This document shows positions 1 through 14,700 of a stretch of DNA of 64,000 nt, in pieces; position 1 is the stretch's first letter; each line of letters begins with the position of its first letter. The notes beneath the pieces were generated by a model. The model was not told where the DNA came from, ran no database searches, and saw only the letters and a list, made by a program, of their open reading frames with translations. Where the stretch lies: the NCBI GenBank assembly GCA_903813345.2, contig CAIIXF020000001.1, positions 806,001-870,000 of the forward strand, given 5' to 3'. The translations under genes were made by a program, and so were the position numbers. The stretch is from Owenia fusiformis. Taxonomy: Eukaryota.

Positions 1-739
1 GCATCCCTTTGACCTTTATTTATTACAGTCCGAGAAGATCTTTCCTGACGAAAAGCCCACATTATGAAACACCTTGTACGTTTACCTATAAGTATAAGTA
101 TACGTTATAAGTTGTACTTTCACGCGGTGCGAAATCTCTCTAATGTCGTAATGATGAGGTACATCCTTTCAAAAACTCATTTTTTTGCATTCAGAAATAT
201 TTTGGGTGTGGTCCTGTGGCATTGATATGGTATCATTGGTATCATGTGATTAAAATACAATCTATGATTGGCTTAGGATGAGATAGAACAAATTAACTTT
301 AACAGTTTTCTGAGTTCTTGCTTTGGGATAATTTAATTCATTTGGAAAACTGATTTCACTGACATAGAACAAGTTGAATACTGGAAATCACATGTTTATT
401 TATAGCTATATTTCACATTTGGGACCATGTTAGATGGAAAGAGCACAGTCAACTTAGGTGGAAACCGCATTTATCTCATTGTGGTCAAAAAGTGGCATAG
501 AACACTTTGGCTCTTGAACACCGATATGTATCATTTGAACTCTCTTTGTTCAACCTTATTTCTGAGACTATTATAAAGTGTTACAGTGTCCAACGTTTTG
601 GTGGCCAGTCTTTGGCGATTGGTGTTCACTTTGACAGCATTTGGTATCTGTAACAAATGGCAGGTAGTCACATTTTGCAATACCTTGTCTCGTTTTGGTT
701 ATACATGTCAATGTGACCCTCTGCTGTGTTGATTGCTTA

Positions 740-1315
740 TGGCCTAGTCACATAGCCCGGCCGATGTCCGGCATCGGTAGAGCTCGGTGGATTTTTTTGG
801 TGCCACCGAGCTCTCCTCATCGGAAGCAGAGCTCGGTGACGTGAACGGACTCCGTCCGGACATCTTCAGGCGACCGACCGAACACCGGCCGGTGACCGTA
901 CGGAGTCTGTCTCAAAATGGTAGTTTTTTTCTGCCGATGTGGCAGCAACTACCGGCCGGAGGTCGGCCGGACATCGGAAGGAATACGGCCGGTACCCGAG
1001 CAGGTAACAGGACACCGTGCGATCGCCGGCTGGGTTGTTAACGGGCCTTGAACAGTGACCGGCCGATGCTCTGTCCCACATCGGCCGGAGCTCGGTCGGA
1101 GCTCGGCCGCTGTCCGTTAAAAAACCTCGTCCTCTGGTTGTCTCAGATGCACGGGACACCGGCCGATACTCGGCCGTGCACCGGCCGACGTGTTTTCCGA
1201 TGTGGTTACGATGGGGCTGCGATGACATGATGAGGGAGCTCGGTGAGCCGAGTTCGGTGAAAATTGCATCGCTGGCTCATCGTAACCTCATCGGCCGGGC
1301 TATGTGACTAGGCCA
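740..1315. mobile_element. Non-autonomous PIF/Harbinger-like MITE
   Basis: 27-bp perfect terminal inverted repeats (TGGCCTAGTCACATAGCCCGGCCGATG ... CATCGGCCGGGCTATGTGACTAGGCCA) flanked by TTA on both sides (737-739, 1316-1318). GC-rich interior with recurring GAGCTCGG/GGCCG motifs in AT-rich surroundings. A TWA target duplication is typical of Harbinger. Confidence 0.8.
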
Positions 1316-2249
1316 TTACACTATGTTTAATAAGAGCTTGATTGCTAAATTATATGATATTCTGAGGTCTAAAGTTGGCTTCATTATCTGAATCAGTTAT
1401 ATAAAGTGCAACTCTCCTTCTAAATCTTACTGTGACTATTGTTGGCAATAAGATACAGGATCAAAAAGGATTATTGAAATATAATCAGCAAAGATTTGAG
1501 TGTACATATACAGTCATATAAGGTGTTTCATTCATTGAGAATTTTAGATATGTCTATAATGATATGAAGGTCCCCAAATAAAGAATCAAATAAAGAAGCC
1601 AAATATCCACATACTTTAAGTAGTGTTGTAGGTAAATAACATACGGGAATGCAATCAATATCTGAGGTGAGTGGGTGATATATATAAATATCACCCACTC
1701 ATCAGCAATTGCTGGGAATTTCGTTCGATTCTCTTTGTGCACTGAAAGATATAAACACTGTAAAATATAAACTGTGCATGTATTTGATTGTTATAATTGT
1801 AATTATCATTTGTAATAATAACACAAGGATTCCATAACATTCAATACATACTTAATCCTCATAATCTACTAAGTATAGGATAAATCAGTTATTAAATTCT
1901 TGATTTTTGGTACAGGGTATATCCTTCATTAAATACAATACATCAACCCTTGGTCCCTGCTGTCCCTTGGGTCGATTTCCCTCAGATATTAAAAAATCTC
2001 CCATTAAATAAATTCTATATATCATTTCTTAATACACACATTTTTGCCTAAAACACATTAAATGCAACATTAATTACCAATTTCTACGTTATCATTTATG
2101 TTGTTTTAAAGATTTGTCGTTGTTGCTTCAATATTACAGAAAAACTCATTTCTCCAGGTTTTGGAGATTGTGCCCCGGGAATTGTAGGATTGATTTAACA
2201 TCGTCAGAAAGGTAGTGAAGGTGCACAATGAACAAAATGAATTTTGAGA

Positions 2250-3020
2250 ATGTTGGATCATATGAAGAAAACCCAAAAGACCACGTGCAGTATGGCAAGT
2301 GATTTTAGACAGTCAATCTTTCACCATGAGTACTTTCTTGGCATAAATACATGACTTTTATTACAACAATATGTTTTCTTTCAAGTAAAGTCCCCGTGAT
2401 AGTAAAATATCAATCCAACTCTCTGAAAATGGGTTAGAGCCCCACCTTGGCACTTTTTGAAAAATGTTGGCTTATTTTCTTAAAAGAGGATCTTGTTTTT
2501 CTCAATTTAAACATATCGAAAGTCTCCTCTACACTATATAATAACAATTTCTGAAAAGGGGATGGGTATTGAAATGAGTTAAAGTTAAAAACCACATATC
2601 CCATGTTATTTTCCCATATGGAAAACTCGTGCTATCCATTGTTTTCAGCATAATTTTGGTCATCGAAAATTGATATCTTCAAAACTAGACTTTCAATACC
2701 ATTCTATTTTTGAACATGTCTTAGACCCCTTGTTGAATAATGTTTTCATGCAATAAAAATCAGAAAAAGAAGATCCTCTTTTGAGTAAATAGGTTCAATA
2801 TTTTGAAAAAATGTTGACATTGGATCCCTATTCACAATTTTTCGAATTGTTTGATTTATATTTTTATCATCATGGGTACTTCACTTAAAAGAAAACATAT
2901 TGTTTTGATAAAAACCACTGTATTTATGCCAAGAAAGTACTCATGGTGAAAGATATGACCGTCTAAAATCACTTGCCATACTGCACTTGGTCTTTTGGTG
3001 TATGTAGAAGAGATCTGATC
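2250..3020. repeat. Long imperfect inverted (foldback) repeat, probably part of an old DNA transposon
   Basis: ~2275-2420 (CCAAAAGACCACGTGCAGTATGGCAAGTGATTTTAGAC...) is the reverse complement of ~2850-3000, and ~2455-2500 pairs with ~2760-2815. Confidence 0.7.
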
Positions 3021-5789
3021 TGAAAATGAAAAAGGCAACAAAGAATTGATCATAAGTTTAAATGGAAAGTTATCACAGTTTGCAATTTATATTTTGCATT
3101 TTTGTTTACATTTTGTTAAAAGTTCAATAGTCCTGTTTTTCATGAAAAATCCTTGATTTTTAAGGTACATACGCATGATGAGCATTTTTGTGTCATGTTT
3201 TATGATTCTTACGAATGAAATTAGTGATATGTTCCATATTTTAATGTGGATATTCCCATTGTGGTAGAATGCAAAAATAAAAATAAATTATTTACAATAA
3301 AAAATCACATTTTTGTGAACTACCTTCATATAGATTATTTTGCCATTATTCTGGCACAACAACTGAAAAATCATCAGTTTCATTCTTCTACCTTGGCAAG
3401 TTTATTGGAAAGATTGCATTGCTCCTAATTTTATTCTCTATTGTATACTCTTTGCTCCCAATAATGGTATTTCATTGCAAGGTTGTCTGTTAGACCCTTT
3501 ATTAGACTGTAATGCTATGCAAGTACATTACAAGGTATTACCAGAAGGTGATTGGGTGCATTCTAAGCATGCAAGCCTGCAGTCAGGGGGTGAATTACTT
3601 CAAAAGCATGTAGTTTTCACTATTTCGAGCACTTTTGTAATTTTTGTTCAGAATTATCATATTTTAGCCCCCCCCCTGGAAATTTTTAAAAACTGACCCC
3701 AAGAAGTGACCTCCCCTTGTACTACAGTGCTATGTATATGTTGATATAGTCACTATACTATAAAATATTAGCCGATCTATTAACAAAGATAAAGCTCTCA
3801 ATTTGGCGAGTTATGAAACTCCTAAAAAATCAATAATATCTTTTATAACTTTACTGATGTAAAGGTAGAACTAAACCTCATACTTAAATATCTGTTTAAC
3901 AGTGACTATAATAATATATAATGCATGAGCTGTCTGCATTGTTGAACCATTTTGGTGCCTTTTAATTGGGGGATTCTGTGATGATTTATTTTTTATTTTA
4001 ATTTGCATTACTAGTCAATCAGTTATGAAATAATGAAAACTGATAAAATACTGGACAAATTCATTTTCCAAAAGCCCATGAAACAGCCAATTAATCTGTA
4101 GAAGCCTATTATAAAGTGGCTGTCAGACCAGAGACCTCCTGTCGTATTCTAGCATTTTATACAGCAGGGGGATACATTCATGTAGTGTATCTCCTGATTC
4201 TGAGACCTTTGAGTTACTTTATATTCCAGGTGGTTTTATTGTTGGTATATTGGATTAAGGTCTTATAGTATTATTATACAACTGTATTGTTTGCATGCAA
4301 AGCCTACATGTGTTAAGATACATGGCTTCACATGTACAGTATATGCAGTAATATCAAACACGTGTCCTGGATTTAGTATTGATCCTAAAAAAGGTAAGTT
4401 TCTTTTGGTTATTTGTTAATTGATTTAATGTTAATGTTTAATACTTTGTTAATTGATTTAATTTTAATGTTGAATAATTTGTTAATTGATTTTTTGATTG
4501 CTTTATTATTTAGGGGAATACATTCAAATGATTAAAGATATCCGAAATATAAAACAAAAAGTTAAAAATGATTTACAAATTCTTAGGTTGCAATGTGTTA
4601 TCCTATAGTTCAACATGCTGCAAATTTTGATGCAATTTTTTTACCAACTGATGATTTATATTTTATGGTGGAATAAATAGTTCAAAATCATTTTTCATAT
4701 ATTGGCTCAAACTTTGTTGTATCAATTATTTTTGAAAGTTTGGAGCTACTTTACAGTTTAAAATATCTTGGTTTGAATGTGTTGTCTAAAATTGGAGAGG
4801 CATCCTAATTAACATTATTTTTAATTAGGCTTTAGTCTCATTGTTTGTAGGTTATTCATTAGTTTTATAACTTCCTTCTCAGCTGGAGTGTAATACTGTG
4901 AAACCCGGGTTGTGAAATTTACTTTGTCACTTGATAATGATCATTAACAAAGGAAGTTTTTATTTAGAGTAAAAAGAATAATACTGTATGGATTAATAAT
5001 ATTAGAGATATGTTATTATGAGTTGACATGGAACATGTGGAACAAGATCTTGTAGACAACTAGGTTGTAAATTTAGAATATTTGGAAAAATTGTTTGATG
5101 GAGAGCTATATATTAGAATTGTCAGAGGCTATACAAGCAAAATCCAAGTTAAGAACTTATGTTACATTTAAGAATGGGCTTTCAATCTATAGAAGATAGA
5201 ATATACATTATATGTGATGAAAACAAAGTGGAGAATGAAACACATTTTTATTCCACTGTACTAATGTAGAAATGATGATATAAGGTAAAAATAATTCAGT
5301 AAGAAGTTGATAAAATGAAAGTCTTTTCAATGAACACACCTGTAAGATAGTTTAATATAAAAAAGAAGCATTTACATTAAAGCAAGGCAATACATTCATA
5401 ATGACTTGCTCTAATATACGCTGTTAGAATATAAAGCACTATTGCTGAAATCTTAATTTTTATAATTTGTAAAAAGTGGTTGATAAGCCCAAGGTGGGTT
5501 GGGTAAATTATCGTATTGTAATGTATATTTAATATATATTGTATGTAACACCAACCATTATAATATGAAATAAACTAAACTAAACTAATAACTGTTAAAT
5601 TATTAATTAACTAATTAGTGTCAGCCATTCTGGTAATAGATCATGAACTAAATTATCATAATTGTTTTGTATATACTGCCAAACACATAGACACAGAGAA
5701 TGATGTTTGCTTGATGTTTTGTAGAAATCCCAGGACTTGAACTATTTTGGCCTACTTAACAGACTTTGGCTCATTCACTAGGAACAACC

Positions 5790-8700
5790 ATGGAAACGTT
5801 GGAGCAGTTCTACAAGTGGACAGAAGAAACAAGTGGTAAGACATTAACATGAAATATACATGTACATGTAGCATTGATCAATAAACAGCATGTTTCCATA
5901 TAGGATTGAGTGGTCAGAGTGGGGTTCATTACATTTTGCCTGTTTTATTTTCTATTATTTGTTGGGAAGTGATTATCAACACTGGTATGTAACATGATGA
6001 AATTTGATTTAGATGACATGTAGCTCTGGCACACAAACACTGCAAAGTGATGTTTGGAATTAGGTGACATGTAGCTCTAGCATAACACTGCAAAGTGATG
6101 TTTGGATTTAGGTGACATGTAGCTCTGGCACACAAACACGGGAAAGTGATGTTTGGATTTAGGTGACATGTGGCTCTGGCACACAAACACTGCAAAGTGA
6201 TGTTTTGATTTAGGTGACATGTATCTCTGGTACACAAACACTGCAAAGTGATGTTTTGATTTTGGTGTCATGTAGCTCTAGCATAACACTGCAAAGTGAT
6301 GTTTTGATTTAGGTGACATGTAGCTCTAGCATAACACTGCAAAGTGATGTTTTGATTTAGGTGACATGTAGCTCTAGCATAACACTGCAAAGTGATGTTT
6401 TGATTTAGGTGACATGTAGCTCTAGCATACACTGCAAAGTGATGTTTTGATTTAGGTGACATGTAGCTCTAGCATAACACTGCAAAGTGATGTTTTGATT
6501 TAGGTGACATATAGCTCTAGCATAACACTGCAAAGTGATGTTTTGAATGTGGCTGTGACATAAAAACTGATGTTATGATTAGTTACCTTTTAGGCCCTGA
6601 CATGATGTTTGGATTTACACCCTAACATGTAAAAGAGATGTTTGGATTTAGCCCCTTGCATGTAAAAGAGATGTTTGGATTTAGCCCCTTGCATGTAAAG
6701 AGATGTTTGGATTTAGCCCCTTGCATGTAAAAAGATGATTGGATTTAGCCCCTTGCATGTAAAAAGATGTTTGGATTTAGCCCCTTGCATGTAAAAAGAT
6801 GTTTGGATTTAGCCCCTTGCATGTAAAGAGATGTTTGGATTTAGCCCCTTGCATGTAAAGAGATGTTTGGATTTAGCCCCTTGCATGTAAAAAGATGATT
6901 GGATTTAGCCCCTTGCATGTAAAAAGATGTTTGGATTTAGCCCCTTGCATGTAAAAAGATGTTTGGATTTAGCCCCTTGCATGTAAAGAGATGTTTGGAT
7001 TTAGCCCCTTGCATGTAGAGAGATGTTTGGATTTAGCCCCTTGCATGTGAAGTACAAGTACCTGTATGGATCATGTTTATATTAGCTGATAAAAGGGAAA
7101 CAAATTTCAGCTTGTATGAGGTAGTTTTTATTTTCTGGAAATATGTGTTTACCAGAAAACAATTCTTAAGAATTTTTATAAAAAACACTAGGTCCACACC
7201 CTTTATTGTAACTGGCTTGCTATTTAATATGCATTTACATGTAAAGTGCACATTGCATACTTTAATAACATATGCAATACATAGTCAATTGTAAATGTAC
7301 ATTGTGCCATGAATGTTTATGATATAATCTTCTTTTTAGTTATAATATGGGCTAATACAAAATGTATGTAAATGGTTGGATGGTTTTAGATAAGTCCATG
7401 TGATCCCATCAAGCCATCATTACTAAGGAGCTACATCGACTATATCCCATGGTGTCCCAAACAAAAAGCTACACTTCCTCGAAATTTTTCTCTGTCGAAT
7501 TTCATCTCCCATACTATACCACCCCCTTTATATGAGTCTTGGATTATTTCATTTCACTCAGTTTTCCATTAACTACGCAATACCCCCCTCTCCACCCACC
7601 CCCCCCTCACCATCCATTTCCAAGCCAACTCTGTACTCATAATGAACGTCAACAAAAGTGGTTGTGTAGTAACATGTAGTAAGTGAGTGTGTGGCACCAA
7701 TTGACCCTTCAGTTATCAGTTATGACCAATGTAAAATAATTCAACTTGTACAACTGCTACACTTGAATGTGTTTGGGTGTATTGGATGAGCACTTACAAT
7801 GTTATCTGCATAAGGGCTGGGCATATCAACATCATTATCATGGTCATGTACATGTGCTTAAAGGTCCTGTTTATAAAAACACTGGCTGTGCATCAATTAA
7901 TGTATTAATATAAATGGTGTAATGTGATGAGGGGTCAACACAGAAGCTTTAAGGTAGACCCGTTGTAATGAGAATGAATACAATTAGTGGATATTTACAC
8001 ATTTTGGTAGAATACATAATTCAAATGCAAAGTAATTCCCCACTCAAATCGCCTCTCACAAAGATCAAGTGCCTTTTTTAAGTGCATTGTAAAATCTATA
8101 ATTTATATATATATCCAAACCTGTTTTAGAGAACACTTCTCTAAAATGTACTCCTTAATTGAAAAACTAGATTTGCAACTAGATTGAAAGTTAAATGACT
8201 GCATCATGTCTGAATCACAAAGTCAAGTCTGAATCACAAAGTCATGTCTGAATCACAAAGTAATGTCTGAATCACAAAGTAATGTCTGAATCACAAAGTC
8301 AAGTCTGAATCGCAGTCATGTCTGAATCAAAAAGTAATGTCTGAATCACAAAGTCATGTTTGAATCACAAAGTGATGTCTGAATCACAGTCATGTCTGAA
8401 TTGCAAAGTCATGTCTGAATCATAAAGTCATGTCTGAATCATAAAGTCATGTCTGAATCACAAAGTCATGTCTGAATCACAAAGTCATGTCTGAATCACA
8501 AAGTGATGTCTGAATCACAAAGTCATGTCTGAATCACAAAGTCATGTCTGAATCACAAAGTAATGTCTGAATCACAAAGTCAAGTCTGAATCGCAGTCAT
8601 GTCTGAATCAAAAAGTAATGTCTGAATCACAAAGTCATGTCTGAATCACAAAGTCATGTCTGAATCACAAAGTCATGTAGAATCGCAAAGTCATGTCTGA

Positions 8701-11700
8701 ATCACAAAGTCAAGTCTGAATCGCAGTCATGTCTGAATCAAAAAGTAATGTCTGAATCACAAAGTCATGTCTGAATCACAAAGTCATGTCTGAATCACAA
8801 AGTCATGTCTGAATCACAAAGTAATGTCTGAATCACAAAGTCAAGTCTGAATCGCAGTCATGTCTGAATCAAAAAGTAATGTCTGAATCACAAAGTCATG
8901 TCTGAATCACAAAGTCATGTCTGAATCACAAAGTCATGTAGAATCGCAAAGTCATGTCTGAATCGCAAAGTTATGTCTGAATTACAAAGTCCCAGTTATG
9001 TATGATTCACAAAGTAATAACTGAATCGCAAAGTCATGTCTGAATCACAAAGTCATGTCTCAATCACAAAGTAATGTCTGAATCAAAAAGTCATGTCTGA
9101 ATCACAAAGTCATGTCTGAATCACAAAGTAATGTCTGAATCACAAAGTCAAGTCTGAATCGCAAAGTCATGTCTGAATCACAAAGTCAAGTCTGAATCGC
9201 AGTCATGTCCGAATCAAAAAGTAATGTCTGAATCACAAAGTCATGTCTGAATCACAAAGTAATGTCTGAATCACAAAGTAATGTCTGAATCACAAAGTCA
9301 AGTCTGAATCGCAGTCATGTCTGAATCAAAAAGTAATGTCTGAATCACAAAGTAATGTCTGAATCACAAAGTCATGTCTGAATCACAAAGTCATGTCTGA
9401 ATCACAAAGTGATGTCGAATCGCAAAGTCATATCTGAAGCATAAAGTGATGTCGAATCACAAAGTCATATCTGAATCATAAAGTAATGTCTGAATCACAA
9501 AGTAATGTCTGAATCGCAGTCATGTCTGAATCAAAAAGTAATGTCTGAATCACAAAGTCATGTCTGAATCACAAAGTCATGTCTGAATCACAAAGTCATG
9601 TCTGAATCGCAAAGGCATGTCTGAATCACAAAGTTATGTCTGAATCGCAAAGTAATGTCTGAATAGCAAAGTCATGTCTGAATCACAAAGTTATATCTGA
9701 ATCACAAAGTCATGTCTGAATCATTAAGTTATGTCTGAATCGCAAAGGCATGTCTGAATCACAAAGTTATGTCTGAATCAAAAAGTCCCAGTTATGTATG
9801 ATTCACAAAGTCATAACTGAATCGCAAAGTCATGTCTGAATCACAAACTTATGTCTGAATCGCAAAGGCATGTCTGAATCGCAAAGTAATGTCTGAATCA
9901 AAAAGTAATGTCTGAATCACAAAGTCATGTCTGAATCACAAAGTAATGTCTGAATCACAAAGTTATGTTTGGATTTAGCCCCTTGCATGTAAAGAGATGT
10001 TTGGATTTAGCCCCTTGCATGTAAAAAGATGATTGGATTTAGCCCCTTGCATGTAAAAAGATGTTTGGATTTAGCCCCTTGCATGTAAAAAGATGTTTGG
10101 ATTTAGCCCCTTGCATGTAAAGAGATGTTTGGATTTAGCCCCTTGCATGTAAAGAGATGTTTGGATTTAGCCCCTTGCATGTAAAAAGATGATTGGATTT
10201 AGCCCCTTGCATGTAAAAAGATGTTTGGATTTAGCCCCTTGCATGTAAAAAGATGTTTGGATTTAGCCCCTTGCATGTAAAGAGATGTTTGGATTTAGCC
10301 CCTTGCATGTAGAGAGATGTTTGGATTTAGCCCCTTGCATGTGAAGTACAAGTACCTGTATGGATCATGTTTATATTAGCTGATAAAAGGGAAACAAATT
10401 TCAGCTTGTATGAGGTAGTTTTTATTTTCTGGAAATATGTGTTTACCAGAAAACAATTCTTAAGAATTTTTATAAAAAACACTAGGTCCACACCCTTTAT
10501 TGTAACTGGCTTGCTATTTAATATGCATTTACATGTAAAGTGCACATTGCATACTTTAATAACATATGCAATACATAGTCAATTGTAAATGTACATTGTG
10601 CCATGAATGTTTATGATATAATCTTCTTTTTAGTTATAATATGGGCTAATACAAAATGTATGTAAATGGTTGGATGGTTTTAGATAAGTCCATGTGATCC
10701 CATCAAGCCATCATTACTAAGGAGCTACATCGACTATATCCCATGGTGTCCCAAACAAAAAGCTACACTTCCTCGAAATTTTTCTCTGTCGAATTTCATC
10801 TCCCATACTATACCACCCCCTTTATATGAGTCTTGGATTATTTCATTTCACTCAGTTTTCCATTAACTACGCAATACCCCCCTCTCCACCCACCCCCCCC
10901 TCACCATCCATTTCCAAGCCAACTCTGTACTCATAATGAACGTCAACAAAAGTGGTTGTGTAGTAACATGTAGTAAGTGAGTGTGTGGCACCAATTGACC
11001 CTTCAGTTATCAGTTATGACCAATGTAAAATAATTCAACTTGTACAACTGCTACACTTGAATGTGTTTGGGTGTATTGGATGAGCACTTACAATGTTATC
11101 TGCATAAGGGCTGGGCATATCAACATCATTATCATGGTCATGTACATGTGCTTAAAGGTCCTGTTTATAAAAACACTGGCTGTGCATCAATTAATGTATT
11201 AATATAAATGGTGTAATGTGATGAGGGGTCAACACAGAAGCTTTAAGGTAGACCCGTTGTAATGAGAATGAATACAATTAGTGGATATTTACACATTTTG
11301 GTAGAATACATAATTCAAATGCAAAGTAATTCCCCACTCAAATCGCCTCTCACAAAGATCAAGTGCCTTTTTTAAGTGCATTGTAAAATCTATAATTTAT
11401 ATATATATCCAAACCTGTTTTAGAGAACACTTCTCTAAAATGTACTCCTTAATTGAAAAACTAGATTTGCAACTAGATTGAAAGTTAAATGACTGCATCA
11501 TGTCTGAATCACAAAGTCAAGTCTGAATCACAAAGTCATGTCTGAATCACAAAGTAATGTCTGAATCACAAAGTAATGTCTGAATCACAAAGTCAAGTCT
11601 GAATCGCAGTCATGTCTGAATCAAAAAGTAATGTCTGAATCACAAAGTCATGTTTGAATCACAAAGTGATGTCTGAATCACAGTCATGTCTGAATTGCAA

Positions 11701-14700
11701 AGTCATGTCTGAATCATAAAGTCATGTCTGAATCATAAAGTCATGTCTGAATCACAAAGTCATGTCTGAATCACAAAGTCATGTCTGAATCACAAAGTGA
11801 TGTCTGAATCACAAAGTCATGTCTGAATCACAAAGTCATGTCTGAATCACAAAGTAATGTCTGAATCACAAAGTCAAGTCTGAATCGCAGTCATGTCTGA
11901 ATCAAAAAGTAATGTCTGAATCACAAAGTCATGTCTGAATCACAAAGTCATGTCTGAATCACAAAGTCATGTAGAATCGCAAAGTCATGTCTGAATCACA
12001 AAGTCAAGTCTGAATCGCAGTCATGTCTGAATCAAAAAGTAATGTCTGAATCACAAAGTCATGTCTGAATCACAAAGTCATGTCTGAATCACAAAGTCAT
12101 GTCTGAATCACAAAGTAATGTCTGAATCACAAAGTCAAGTCTGAATCGCAGTCATGTCTGAATCAAAAAGTAATGTCTGAATCACAAAGTCATGTCTGAA
12201 TCACAAAGTCATGTCTGAATCACAAAGTCATGTAGAATCGCAAAGTCATGTCTGAATCGCAAAGTTATGTCTGAATTACAAAGTCCCAGTTATGTATGAT
12301 TCACAAAGTAATAACTGAATCGCAAAGTCATGTCTGAATCACAAAGTCATGTCTCAATCACAAAGTAATGTCTGAATCAAAAAGTCATGTCTGAATCACA
12401 AAGTCATGTCTGAATCACAAAGTAATGTCTGAATCACAAAGTCAAGTCTGAATCGCAAAGTCATGTCTGAATCACAAAGTCAAGTCTGAATCGCAGTCAT
12501 GTCCGAATCAAAAAGTAATGTCTGAATCACAAAGTCATGTCTGAATCACAAAGTAATGTCTGAATCACAAAGTAATGTCTGAATCACAAAGTCAAGTCTG
12601 AATCGCAGTCATGTCTGAATCAAAAAGTAATGTCTGAATCACAAAGTAATGTCTGAATCACAAAGTCATGTCTGAATCACAAAGTCATGTCTGAATCACA
12701 AAGTGATGTCGAATCGCAAAGTCATATCTGAAGCATAAAGTGATGTCGAATCACAAAGTCATATCTGAATCATAAAGTAATGTCTGAATCACAAAGTAAT
12801 GTCTGAATCGCAGTCATGTCTGAATCAAAAAGTAATGTCTGAATCACAAAGTCATGTCTGAATCACAAAGTCATGTCTGAATCACAAAGTCATGTCTGAA
12901 TCGCAAAGGCATGTCTGAATCACAAAGTTATGTCTGAATCGCAAAGTAATGTCTGAATAGCAAAGTCATGTCTGAATCACAAAGTTATATCTGAATCACA
13001 AAGTCATGTCTGAATCATTAAGTTATGTCTGAATCGCAAAGGCATGTCTGAATCACAAAGTTATGTCTGAATCAAAAAGTCCCAGTTATGTATGATTCAC
13101 AAAGTCATAACTGAATCGCAAAGTCATGTCTGAATCACAAACTTATGTCTGAATCGCAAAGGCATGTCTGAATCGCAAAGTAATGTCTGAATCAAAAAGT
13201 AATGTCTGAATCACAAAGTCATGTCTGAATCACAAAGTAATGTCTGAATCACAAAGTTATGTCTGAATCAAAAAGTCATGTCTGAATCGCAAAGGCATGT
13301 CTGAATCGCAAAGGCATGTCTGAATCACAAAGTAATGTCTGAATCACAAAGTCATGTCTGAATCACAAAGTCATGTCTGAATCACAAAGTGATGTCGAAT
13401 CGAAAAGTCATATCTGAATCATAAAGTGATGTCGAATCACAAAGTCATATCTGAATCATAAAGTAATGTATGAATCACAAAGTAATGTCTGAATCGCAGT
13501 CATGTCTGAATCAAAAAGTAATGTCTGAATCACAAAGTCATGTCTGCATCACAAAGTCATGTCTGAATCACAAAGTGATGTCTGAATCGCAAAGGCATGT
13601 CTGAATCACAAAGTTATGTCTGAATCGCAAAGTAATGTCTGAATAGCAAAGTCATGTCTGAATCACAACGTTATGTCTGAATCACAAAGTCATGTCTGAA
13701 TCACAAAGTGATGTCGAATCGAAAAGTCATATCTGAATCATAAAGTGATGTCGAATCACAAAGTCATATCTGAATCATAAAGTAATGTATGAATCACAAA
13801 GTAATGTCTGAATCGCAGTCATGTCTGAATCAAAAAGTAATGTCTGAATCACAAAGTCATGTCTGAATCATAAAGTTATGTCTGAATCGCAAAGGCATGT
13901 CTGAATCACAAAGTTATGTCTGAATCGCAAAGGCATGTCTGAATCACAAAGTTATGTCTGAATCACAAAGTCATGTCTGAATCGCAGTCATGTCTGAATC
14001 AAAAAGTAATGTCTGAATCACAAAGTCATGTCTGAAACACAAAGTTATGTCTGAATCAAAAAGTTATGTCTGAATCACAAAGTTATGTCTGAATCAAAAA
14101 GTCATGTCTGAATCGCAAAGGCATGTCTGAATCGCAAAGTCATGTCTGAATCACAAAGTCATGTAGAATCGCAAAGTCATGTCTGAATCACAAAGTCATG
14201 TCTGAATCGCAGTCATGTCTGAATCAAAAAGTCATGTCTGAATCATAAAGTTATGTAGAATCGCAAAGTCATGTCTGAATCACAAAGTCATGTAGAATCG
14301 CAAAGTCATGTCTGAATCATAAAGTTATGTCTGAATCGCAAAGTCATGTCTGAATCACAAAGTCATGTAGAATCGCAAAGTCATGTCTGAATCATAAAGT
14401 TATGTCTGAATCGCAAAGTCATGTCTGAATCACAAAGTCATGTAGAATCGCAAAGTCATGTCTGAATCACAAAGTCATGTCTGAATCGCAGTCATGTCTG
14501 AATCAAAAAGTAATGTCTGAATCACAAAGTCATGTCTGAATCATAAAGTTATGTCTGAATCGCAAAGGCATGTCTGAAACACAGAGTTATGTCTGAATCA
14601 AAAAGTCATGTCTGAATCATAAAGTTATGTCTGAATTAAAAAGTCCCAGTTATGTATGATTCACAAAGTCATAACTGAATCGCAAAGTCATGTCTGAATC

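Noticed and set aside
787-1230. Overlapping 60-120-aa ORFs
   Set aside because: They lie within a GC-rich MITE and show no domain signature.
5929-6462. Cys/His-rich repetitive ORFs resembling zinc fingers
   Set aside because: They are translations of the ~57-bp intronic minisatellite.
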